64,000 nt of DNA, from positions 1 through 64,000 of the forward strand of contig JAUCBJ010006248.1 in assembly GCA_032718475.1 (NCBI GenBank), read 5' to 3'. This stretch comes from Nemertoderma westbladi. Taxonomy: Eukaryota; Animalia; Xenacoelomorpha. The translations under genes were made by a program, and so were the position numbers. Numbering within the stretch: position 1 is the stretch's first letter; every line of letters starts with the position of its first letter. Of the stretch, positions 35,701 through 47,700 are shown one piece after another. Below the pieces are notes generated by a model. It worked only from the letters and a program-made list of their open reading frames with translations. It did not search any database and had not been told where the DNA came from.

Positions 35701-38700
35701 TCTCACTCTCGGGAATGGATCTGCCGGATTGTGTTCGGGTTTAGGCCTGTTGTATTCGGTCTTTGGCGTCTTCCCCAAACTATCCTCACTATAGACTGGG
35801 TCTGTAATTAACTCGGCTTCATAGTTGAGGAAGTTTGTCATTTCCTCTAGCCCTGGCTCCGCACCTTTCTTCTCCCGAGTGGAGAAGGCGATCTTCCTCC
35901 ACTTGCTCTGTAACCAGATCGGCAGTGCCTGCGCTATCGTGGTGATGTTATTAGATGCGTTGAGTTCGTATGGCGCGTCTAGCATCTTTAACACGATTAA
36001 TGCCTTCTTGACCTTGTTCGCAAAGGTCTTTATGCTAACAGGGTTATCCTGTAGGCCACCCGATGTTATACCCCTTAATATCTGCCGGATGATTTTGGCT
36101 GGGTGTCCGTATTCCCTGTCTAGCGCCCGCCATGCAGTCGTGAAGCCGCCCTCGATGCCCTGGTACTGCCTCACGATGTCGTATGCTGGGCCTCCTGTAT
36201 ACACTTGTAGATATTTTAGGCACTCCGCCTGCGTCAAGTTCTTACTTAATATCGCGTTGCTGTACATGCGCCGAAATTGCAGATATTCTTCCGGCCTACT
36301 TCCGTCGAATTTAAATGCTCGACTGGTGGTAACTCGATCCTGGTCTTTAATGCATCGATTAATGTAGCCATTCCCACTGCCTGTGCTTCCAATGGGTTCG
36401 ATGGATGCTGTACAGATTCTCCTGTTGGGTGCGGTCCACCCGTCCTGTCTGTTGACTTTTGCATCGGATATATCATTGGGGGTAACGGCCCCCTCCATAT
36501 TTCCGTGTCGCACGACCTGTTCTCGTCCAGGGGGTTCGATGTTCTTATTGCTGTTCGAGTATATTGTTGATATTGTAATGTGAGAATGTCACCCTGTCCC
36601 CCCCCCCCCCCCCCCACCGGTATGTTTGGTACTGGGGTTGATGTTAATATATTGGGGCCCATACTTCTATCTGCAATAACTCTCCCCTCCCCTGGATATA
36701 TGTTATGTCCCTGGATATTATAGTCATGCTGCTGTGCTGGTACCGATATAGGCCTATCCACTTCTGGCCTACCTACCGGTATGTACTCCGCGACTTCCGG
36801 GTTAAATCCCATCGTCCGCGCTGCCCTAACGCCTACATTATCTCTCCCAGCATGGCCTATAATAGTATGTGCAGTAAGGCCTACAGTATGTCCTGCAGTC
36901 TGCATGTGCCCTTCCGAACCGAAGTTCAATCTTCTCGAATCTCGAATCTCCCCGCGACTACCGTACTCTCGATCGGCAGCTATATCCCGTCAGGAAGTTT
37001 CTCTTCGATCCCCTCTTCTGTTCTTGTCTTCGTATCGGTACATCCTGTACCCCTCTCTTGGCGTGCGGTGCATTTCTTCGGGGCGACGGCAATCTCCCGA
37101 AGTTCGACCCCACTGACTCCCTAACTCCATGTCTACTATCGACGGCTCGCTATCCGTCCTCGCTCTCTGGTTGCTCCTAGCAACGACCCTTCTATTATCT
37201 TCACTTCTTCTCTCTTCGACCTCTCGGTTAAACTCTACTATTCTTCTTCTCTCTTCGACCTCTCGGTTAAACTCTACTAATCTTCTTCTCTCTTCTGACT
37301 GGGCTCGACGTCTCGTCGCTCGCCCACTCTCGGCGCTAACATCTGACTCTACTCTGTCCGGTTGGACCCTCCTGGAGATACTCGTCATCCCCCTACTATT
37401 CTCCGTCGTCGGGTGCCACGGTTCACCTAACTTGCACCGCGCATTATCCGCCGAAGCCTGTGGGACATTCTCTGCCCCCCCCCCCCCCCTCTCGCTACTA
37501 ATCTCTCGTGGTGGGGCGCCCGTAGCCCCCCCCCCCCACCCACCACTTCTAACTTCACTATCTCTTACTACACTTCCGCGTCCCTCTTGTCAGACATTCT
37601 CTACCCCCCCTCTCTCGCCACTAATCTTCCGTGGTGGGGCGCCCGTAGCCCCCCCCTCCCCCACTCGCTTCTTCTAACTTCACTATCTCTTACTACACTT
37701 CTACACCCCTCTTGTGGGGCATTCTCTGCCCCCCCCCCCTCTCTCGCCACTAATCTTCCGTGGTGGGGCGCCCGTAGTCCTCCCCCACTCGCCACTTCTA
37801 ACTTCACTACCTCCCCTTACTTCACTTCTATACCCCTCTCTAGTCGACGCACTAACCCTACTGCGGCTGGGTCCGTTCACCCCCGCCTCTCCCTCTACTA
37901 CTGTGTGGCCTACCAGGCCCCCCTCGGGTTGACTCAGCGCCATCACTTCCTGCCTACTAACTACGTGGCCTACCAGGCCCTCATTGGGGTTTCTCACCCC
38001 CGCCACCTCCTGCCTACTGACTACATGGCCTACCAGGCTCCTGTCGGGGTTTCTCACCCCCGCCACCTCCTCCCTACTGATTACGTGGCCTACCAGGCTC
38101 TCATTGGGGTTTCTCACTCCCATTGCTCCCTGCCTACTAACTGCGTGGCCTACCAGGCTCTCATTTGCCGGACCATCCGCGTCCACCACGTTCATATTAA
38201 TAGCACCATTATCAATATTATCTTCTAAATCAATTAAATTATTTTGCACACCTAAATTAGAAACGGGATTATTTTGGTCGTTCGAATTAAAGTTATTCGA
38301 ATTATTTTGCATATTCGGATTTAGATTATTATCTAAATTATTTGAATTATTTTGTAAATTCGAATCTACATTATTTGAATTATTTCCTATATTTATATTA
38401 GAATGGTTCGGGTTTAAATTACTACTATCGGGCAAAGTATTATTTCCTGCAACGAAAGTTTGATTAGGGTTATCCACTACGGTACTATTAATATTAACGT
38501 TTTCAACAGTATTGTTATTGTTACTGTTATTGTTAGTCTTACGTTCACTAGCCTCTGCCGCCACTCGCTCTTCTTGCTCCTTTCTTTCCCTCATTCCTAT
38601 TTCTTCACACTCCCTAAAGTTTCTCGCGACCCACTCGGCCCTCTCTTTATTCTCTCTGGCCAGCTCTCTCTCTTTCTCTAGTAATGCACTCCCTTCTTCC

Positions 38701-41700
38701 ATCTGTCTCTCTAATTCTCTCTGGTCCAGCGCCACCAGATCGAGCTGACATGCCAGATCTATTTCTAGCACCCGTCTTACTTTTGCGGAGGATGTAGCAG
38801 ACTTCTCGGTCGCAACGGACTCCCGCTGCCTTCCCGTCCTACTAACTTTCCCCCGCTTTCTGGAATTCTCGCTGACCGACAAGACCGAATCCTTGGGGTT
38901 AACCTCGGATTCGCCCTCCTGCGGTCCCCTCCAACCCACTAACTTAATTCCCCGGGCATCGACTAAGTATGGCCCTATGTACACTACACCAGGCTCCATA
39001 CCCCTACATTCCCACAGCTCGAACAGTTCGGTGGCGACCCCTCTCGCTCTCTCATTGGCTAGTTCTCCCTGCCCAAAGCGCACTAGATAATCAAAATGTT
39101 TATTCGACTCACCTAGCCGCTTCTCTAACTTCACCTGGTCTATCTTCGCCCCTTCTTTGGCTTCCCTCAACTGTTTTCTGGTTGCATTGTAGGCTCGGCG
39201 GAGCCGGTCGCTGACTCCGACGTCCTCGTCGCCGACATCCCCTCTTTCTCTCCGTGTTCGGCGTCGTACCGGCGGCCCTACCGTCGCCGTTCCGGTGGGC
39301 CGTCCATCGCCCTCGGCCTGTGGCTGGCCGGCGACATTGGTACGTCGACCGCCGTCGTGCGTCGACTCGTCTCTCCTTTCTCTCGACTCGCTCGTTCCTC
39401 GCTGTGGTAGACGACCGCCCTCCACTTGGGCTACCGGATCGTTCGGGTTTGAAGAGTCCGGCGTCCTGGGTCGATACCGTCGCGTCGCGGCCTCGCGGAT
39501 CGTTTCGTTCGTATCGTCCGGGGTCCGCGGCGTTGTTGTCTCTCCCTCCTGACTCATCTTTAACTTCTTATTGGTGGCTGGCAGTCACAGTTTCGGGTAG
39601 TTGGAATTTTATTACTGTTACGGGATCCGAGAATCCCGACCAGTTGGTTTATTTACGCGTCCCCGCCGCCAGTCAAAGAGTTTGTTATCTTGTTATCATT
39701 CCGGAATTGTTAATGAGATATAATATAAAATATAGTCAGGTAAAATAGATAGCACAATTGATAGATTGACTTATGTATGGTAGTATGTGATATAATTGGT
39801 GATGGTGGCGGCAACGGTAATAAAAGTATCATACGGTCCAAAGGCCCGCAGAGTGTCATGCATAATCAAAAACAAAGATATCACCACAGACAGGCAGTAT
39901 ACTGGTATAATAGGGTATGTCACGGTACAATGCACAACAGCCAAAATCAGTACAACCAACTACAGAACTAACTAGCATCTAAGCTTGGCCTCTTAGGTCC
40001 TATAATAATCTACTCTAAAATATCCTATAACATCCCCCCTGTTGAAAGACTTGAGACCCATCAAGTTAACATACTAATATAAAAGACCCATCACCAAAGT
40101 TTATAACCATCCAGCTATTGCTTAAATTCTACTGTATTAAGTGTTTTTGGTTTTAGATCGTATCCTTGTATTAATCAAGTTTGAGTTGTCCAATAGCAAT
40201 TCCCAGATAAGGTTTAGTCATCATATCCAGATCTCTTGGACATCGTTTTAGATGCGATACATTAACAGTGAAAGTTTCGTGTGTATGGGATTCAGAGTGA
40301 TTCGAAAGTAAATCTGCATTATGCTCGGACAATTTCATTATTTTGAATGGTCCGAGAAAGGGTCGGGCAAATTTATGATTTGGACCTTTACATTCTGACA
40401 TTGAGTGTAAAAACACTCGGTCACCCACATTAAATCCATGTTTTAGTGTTTTCTTATTATATTGAGTACTCCAGTTAATATGTTCCTTTGCCAATTTGTT
40501 TCTGACCATCTGGAATGTAGTAGTTAAGCTATCCTTTAGATCAAGTGCAAAGTCTTCAACCTCTGCATACTTCCGTGGAATGAAATTCAGGAAGTTGTCG
40601 AAAGGAAATTGAGGATCACGTCCATGCATAAGGAAGAAAGGTGTTTCACCTGTTGTCATATGGTAGGAGCTGTTATACGCAAAGGTAACCTGATCAAGAT
40701 AACAATCCCAATCGGTTCCATGATCATTAACTAAATGTGATAGAATATCGCAAATTGTTCTATTCATTCGTTCTACAACTCCGTTACATTGTTGGTGATA
40801 TGGGGTTGTAAATATTTTCTCAATTCCCAGTAGTTTTGAAACTTCCTTTATCAAAGAACTCGTAAAGTTTGGACCTTGATCAGACAAAAGTTTATTAGGA
40901 ACACCATGTTGACATATAACATGATCTATTAAGGCTTTCGCCACTGTAGTAGCACATTCATCACGCAAAGCAATTGCTATTACCCATTTAGTGAAGTGAT
41001 CCACAAACACTAATGCAAATTTATTACCTTCAATAGATAATGGGAGTGAAAGTAAATCTACTGCCATTAATTCCATTGGATAATATGAAGTTATAGCAGT
41101 TAAGGGAACCTTTTGATATCGGTGAGGAGGCTTCCTTGTGAGACATTCCAAACAAGAATTACAGAAACGAACTGTATCGCGATACATGTGAACCTATTCC
41201 CCTTCAGAATCACAAATTACCACCATATATGGTAACATTGGCGTTACTTAATTTAGCGGTACTAAAAGCACTGTACATGCAATCTAATTTAGCGCAAATA
41301 TAATGGAAATTAAAGCAAATATACAGTTAGTCCTATTGATGCCAATAACAGCAAGCTTACATCAAGGGTTTTATAGGAAACTTGCTACCATAGAACTATT
41401 TATTTATATTTCATTACAAAATTACGTAGGTAGGGCTACATAGTGTACAAAAATGGATAAGATTCACGAATATGGATATTTTATTCTCCTTATCTAAATA
41501 TGGTTGCGCGTCATTATAGCTTATCTAAATAATTATACTGTATAACGGGCTAATAATGGTACACAGCGCCATATATCGTAACACCGCTCCAAGGGAAACC
41601 AGCAATGTTTCCCTCCAATTGTAGAAGAATATAGGGCGATGTAAACAAACAAAATAAAATTTACTTTCAAATAATCTAAATACTTGGTCTTATAATAGTT

Positions 41701-44700
41701 CTAAATATTTACAAAATATTGCATAAATATTGCATAATGATTTTACGTACAAATTAAATTTACAAAATATTATCTCTCTCACTGTATAATGATTACTAAA
41801 TACAAATTAAATTTACAAAAATATTGCTTTCTCTTACTACATAATGATTACTACATACAAATTAAATTTACAAAAATATTGCTCTTTCATTTACAAATTG
41901 ACGATCTACATATTGAAATGGAACATGGCTAGGACAATGTCCCCCATTTCCCATCTCAAATTAACGATCAACAATAACAAAATAAACTAAATATAAACGT
42001 ATTTGAGGCTAAATTTTTAACTAAATTGCATTAAAGGCCGATAATCAAACTAAATATAAAATACGTAATAATTTCTTTCATTTTCGGACTTTACTTAATT
42101 TCTTATAAAAAACGCAAATCATCTTGGTTTGATGATTGTTCAGGTAAGTGAAAGGAGTAAGCCAAACCCGCGGGTTTGTCTCCCCAATCACTTCCTTTGC
42201 CTCTTTCAATAAACTTTAGAGCAAATAAAGTCATATACACAAAATCAAATATGGTATAAAGTATTTACTATTTCCAACGGACTACAAAGTGAAAGTATTT
42301 CCTTTCAATATTTTTCGGCCTTCGAAATTAAAATTCTAAAATATGGATACGACTAGTGTATATGAGTCCAGTTGAATGTTTATCAAAACCTATGATATAC
42401 ATCAGAGCGACGATGATGTATATGTCTAGAGTTTATCGGTCTGTGATATTATAGTCTCATCGGCTAGCTCCTGGGTCTTTCGGGCTCGCTCCTCTCTTTT
42501 GTCCCATCCCCAGATACACCAGTCTACCCCCTGTAGACTCTGTTGACGGCGTCCTTGAGGCGTCACTTCCCGGAACCGGCGACGACGTTCCCTGGGCACC
42601 AACTATCTCTCGACTGGTGCTCCTCCCTCAGCCTCGTCCCATTTGCCGTGTCCCTGCGGGCGCCTCCGCCGACTCCTCCTTCTGGTCCTTGCCGCGAGCT
42701 ATGAGCTCCGGCTGCTGTCGCTGTGGGCGCGGCGGTCCGTTGCTCCTCCACTCGTTCAGAGGTCAATGACCCCAAACGAGTCTCCTTAGGCCGCCAATTG
42801 TGCGTTGGGCAATAAATCTAGACGTATATATCAGAGCGACAATGATATATAAAGGATTGGACATATTCGGGCTTAATAATGCGTGCGTCGAAACTTCCCG
42901 AAATAATTTGGAGTAAAATATCGTATAAATCGCGGATCATGGGTATAGTTAGTAGACGGATGGACGGCGCGAATCTATTGGATGTCGGAACAGCTTGAGT
43001 TGTCTTTTTGCGTCGTATTTTTACCTCGTCTGGATACGTGATGGATGTGTGAGCTTCCTCTCCTGGTGAAGCGAAGTGAACATGGTCCAGGGATTCGAGA
43101 GTTCCAACTCCGTGGGTTTGGTACTCGATTCCCATGCCGCTTCGCGCCGCGCCTCTAGGTCCTTATAGGCTCGGTAAAGCGAAATGGCCGCCGCTTCTAT
43201 CAAAGCGGGTGTCGAACAGGGTTTAATCTCCGTATATGGATCTAAAGTCGTAATGGTTGGCGTAATAGGTCTCGGAGGTCTCTTTCTGCTAAAGTCGATA
43301 CTGATCATCGTGTTGCTCATCGGGTAACCTTCCTCGTTGTATCTAAGAAACTGGTGAGCTTGACACCGCGTTAATATCGGTTCAGGATTCTGCTTGTTCA
43401 GTCGGTCGGGAATCGCTATGTCTTGCTTATTCATGCATTCGCCGCATTTGTAGAACAACTTGTATACGCTGAAAACCTTTGGCATCTCCTCGTCCTCGCC
43501 TCGGGTCCTCCTGTAAAGATGTATCCCGTCGAATCGATCTCGGACGGCACGTAGCGGTTCATCGTGCCGCAAATACATATTCATATGGTATAGACGGGCG
43601 ATTTCCTCGTCAGGGTCGGCGCTAATGTTACACACATCAAGGGCGAAGTCGTGGGGATAACGAGTGCGATATTCCTTTCGTAGAACCTCCATACGATCTC
43701 CCATGGTAGTAAACATTAGAGTCCTTACACCCATGTCGGGCGAATGGTAGTTCCGCTTCCTCCCTGGCGATAAATCCATTCCTCGGTTGCGCTCGAATTT
43801 CCTTCTCCATTATTGCCGCGTATATACATATATCCCAATAGCCCGTTACGCAAACCAATTACACTGTGGGTAAATCAGTTAGATGGTGCGGAGGGACAAA
43901 CTTCCTGAGCTACCCAGCCGCCTTCCAGCAGTTCAGGTTCGGCTTTCTAGATCCCGTCTCATTCCTAACTACCTTCTAACCTATTCCCATGCATAGCGCA
44001 AAAACTTCGGAGATAAACTGGCCATGACCAACTCACTTTTTGATGCCCAAGCTACTCCCAATACTTGTACTAGACTACAGTAGTTAGAAAGGACAATAGC
44101 TATGGCGTTCGACTATACCAAACCCGCAGGTTTGATAATCGAACACCTCACTCCACTGCAAACTACTGAGTGGGGTCTGTGTACGCCTCTGGTGCTACTA
44201 ACCTTTAGCACCTTGGTTGTTGTACTGTTGGCACAAATCTGTGGAAGTTACTGAACTCAATTTACACTCCTACATAATATAGCCGTCACCATGGTTTCTA
44301 AATGCTATTTTCCAGGCTTCACGACTTTCAAATTACTGTATTTCTATAGACGAATTCTAGAACGCGTCTATATGCAGCGTTTGGAATTGTCTTGGGTTCA
44401 CTTCTAATTTTTAAAAATTTTTAATTTTCCAAACATTTTATGAAAATAAAATTTTGTTTTTGATACCCGCCAGACAAATTCTCAACGCAAATCACCACAA
44501 ACCCGCTGCTATGCATTTCCTAGTATTTGCATACGAGGAATGCATACAAAGTGAATTTGCGTTCCAACACTAATTTTGGTTTGAGGCAGAAGACAAATTA
44601 TAGTCTCCTGTCTCGATGCGTGTCTCCTCTAATAACACGATATCTTGGACCGGTCTGTCCAAGGTGTGTAAACCATTAGTTTTACACTTCTTTTGGTTCG

Positions 44701-47700
44701 GACACTTGCACCTTATTTTCACAGTGACGGTGCGTACTATATTTTGCACGTCCGGGTATATGTGCAAGATGACTCCGGTCTCCCAATATTTTCTCTTGAC
44801 AACTGGTTCGGTTATTAATACGTAGTCTCCTCTTTGGAGGCTCCGAACTGTTTTGTACCACTTGGATCTGGTGGATATTGTGGGAAGATAATATTCCTGC
44901 CAATATTCCCAGATGGTGTACGCTACGAATTGAGTTATTTTCCAGCTCTTTCGACTATATAGGTCGGCACTAATGGGTTCTGATGCCGGCACAAGAAATG
45001 CTGGACTCTGCATTAGCAAATGATTCTGCGTTAATGCAACACCGTCTGGCAACATAGCTATCGGCCTCGAGTTCAATGTATGCTCGATTTCGATGAAAGC
45101 TGTTACCAGCTTGTCATCGGTAAGTTGTCTATTTACAGGCAATGTTTTAGCAATGGCCTGCTTTATGGAGCGAACCAAACGCTCCCAACTTCCTCCTCTC
45201 CAGGGACTTTCTGGAGTGTTAAATTTCCACTCCACTCTTTGCGGCAAAAGTGCTGCAGAGATTTCTCTATTCTGCGCCGCCCTATGAGCTGCGTTCAACT
45301 CGCTATTCCCCCCAACAAAGTTTGTACCCTTGTCGGAGTAGAACGCCTTTACTAGTCCTCTCCTGGCCATAAATCTCTTTAAGGCCAGGAGCAGAGATTT
45401 GGTCGACATGTCTGCCACACGCTCTATATGTATGGCTCTACTGGCCATACATATCAGCAACAGGCCCCATCTCTTGTGGGTCAGCCGTCCACTCTTTGCC
45501 TCAATCGGACCAAAGCAGTCCACCCCCGTATTTGTAAAGGGTGAGTCATATGCCTGCACTCTCGCTTCCGGGAGTTCAGCCATCTCCTGTTCCAATACTC
45601 TGGCGTTCACCCTCTTGCAAACCAGACAGGCGTCGTACATTGTACCTACTGCCCTGCTTGGCTGCAATAGAATGAATCGCTGTCTCGCTGCTGACAAACA
45701 GTGTAACTTTCCCACGTGATGCAACCTTGTATTTATATCCCATAGAATCGCTCTTTGCAATTCTATTGGGTGACTAGGGATTATCACTGGGAACCTAAAC
45801 TGTGAGTTTATGTCGACAGTCTTGATTCTCGATCTATGACAAATAAAACCCTTATGGATTAATGGGCTCCATTTTCTAAGGGGTTTATAGAGAACTGGTC
45901 ATTGAGCCGATAATAGATAGAATTCTTTCGGGAAGGCACACATTTGATAATGCTTCAAATGTTTTAATTCCGCTTGATCAATCTCATCCTCGGTCAGAGG
46001 TTGTTTCAATTTCTGGATTCGCTCACTATTAGTGCTCGTTTGTTCTCCTAAATGTTTCGAATGTTGTAAACAAAGGTTCGAAACATATCGGCTTAACCAC
46101 GCAGTTCTTTTACAAATTGTCAGCGAAGAGGCGGACGAATTTAGTAATTTGTCATAAATACTACATGGCTCTAATGCCAGCGATGGTTGCCCGCTAGCTA
46201 ATGGAAGTTTCGAATCCAAACCCGCAGGCTTGGAGACCGAAGGCTCCATCTTTTCGGTCATTTTCTGTCCGTCACTTACCAATTGTGACCCTTGTGTAGT
46301 CTGTAAGGGTAGTTTTATGTCATGACTTACCCTTCCGGACCTAGTAGTCACGTAAGTCTCTAGGTCTGACAGGTCTCTGGGCCGCTCCAATGACTCTTCA
46401 GGCCGCTCCAATGACTCTTCAGGCCGCTCCAATGACTCTAATTTGGCTTTCAACTTAGACTTGGAGACTTTCTCCACTTTGACTTCTGCATCCATTGGCA
46501 TCGGATTAGTTACTATCTTCAGTCGCTCTGGCCAATGCTCCTGTGTCCTCGTTAGAAAATCAGGTCCATGCAACCAAAACTCCTGGGACTCCTCCTGACA
46601 GAATTCGGTCGGCATAGCACCTCTCGAAGTTATGTCGGCCGGGTTCAATACTCCTGGACAATGTCTCCATTGTTCCTTCGTCGAGAAGTCGACGATCTGA
46701 GCGCGTCTGTTGGCCACAAATGTCTTTAGTGCAATATTGTCAGCTGCAATATACACTAACACTAAGGATGCATCCGTCCAATAGAATAATGTCAATGTTG
46801 TGTCTAACTCCTCTATTATCTGCTTACTTACCTCAACTGAGACTACTGCCGCCTGCAACTCTGCACGAGGGACAGTCATGTATTTGACCGGCATTGTCTT
46901 TGATCTAGAAGTCACAAAGGCCGTCTCAAACTTGTTCTGACTTACCTCTTGGCGAAGGTAGGCTACCATACCAAAGCCGGTGTCACTTGCGTCACTGAAC
47001 AAATCTCGATTTCGATGAAAGCTGTTACCAGCTCGTCGTCGGTAAGTTGTCTATTTACAGGCAATGTTTTAGCAATGGCCTGCTTTATGGAGCGAACCAA
47101 ACGCTCCCAACTTCCTCCTCTCCAGGGACTTTCTGGAGTGTTAAATTTCCACTCCACTCTTTGCGGCAAAAGTGCTGCAGACATTTCTTTATTCTGCGCT
47201 GCCCTATGAGCTGCGTTCAACTCGCTATTCCCCCCAACAAAGTTTGTACCCTTGTCGGAGTAGAACGCCTTTACTAGTCCTCTCCTGGTCATAAATCTCT
47301 TTAAGGCCAGGAGCAGAGATTTGGTCGACATGTCTGCCACACGCTCTATATGTATGGCTCTACTGGCCATACATATCAGCAACAGGCCCCATCTCTTGTG
47401 GGTCAGCCGTCCACTCTTTGCCTCAATCGGACCAAAGCAGTCCACCCCCGTATTTGTAAAGGGTGAGTCATATGCCTGCACTCTCGCTTCCGGGAGTTCA
47501 GCCATCTCCTGTTCCAATACTCTGGCGTTCACCCTCTTGCAAACCAGACAGGCATCGTACATTGTACCTACTGCCGTGCTTGGCTGCAATAGAATGAATC
47601 GCTGTCTCGCTGCCGACAAACAGTGTAACTTTCCCACGTGATGCAACCTTGTATTTATATCCCATAGAATCACTCTTTGCAATTCTATTGGGTGACTAGG

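Larger units (their letters stand above)
32461..39827 (-). mobile_element. Nested BEL/Pao-family element 'BEL-2', gag-protease only (non-autonomous)
   Basis: 3' LTR 32461-34040 preceded by PPT GGGGGTGGGAA; 5' LTR remnant 39616-39827 matches 32461-32671; BEL Gag core (FDGSRPEEYLQF...YTGGPAY), Zn knuckles and LVDSGA protease; no RT, RH or IN seen. Confidence 0.88.

Noticed and set aside
34381-39748. Many + strand ORFs (Ser/Leu/Pro-rich) over BEL-2, and similar ones over 44616-55638
   Set aside because: Antisense shadows of minus-strand gag/pol in GC-richer, repetitive sequence; no independent motifs.
43021-43779. env gene of an endogenous retrovirus-like BEL
   Set aside because: No signal peptide, furin-site/fusion-peptide arrangement or transmembrane anchor is visible; kept as an unknown accessory ORF.
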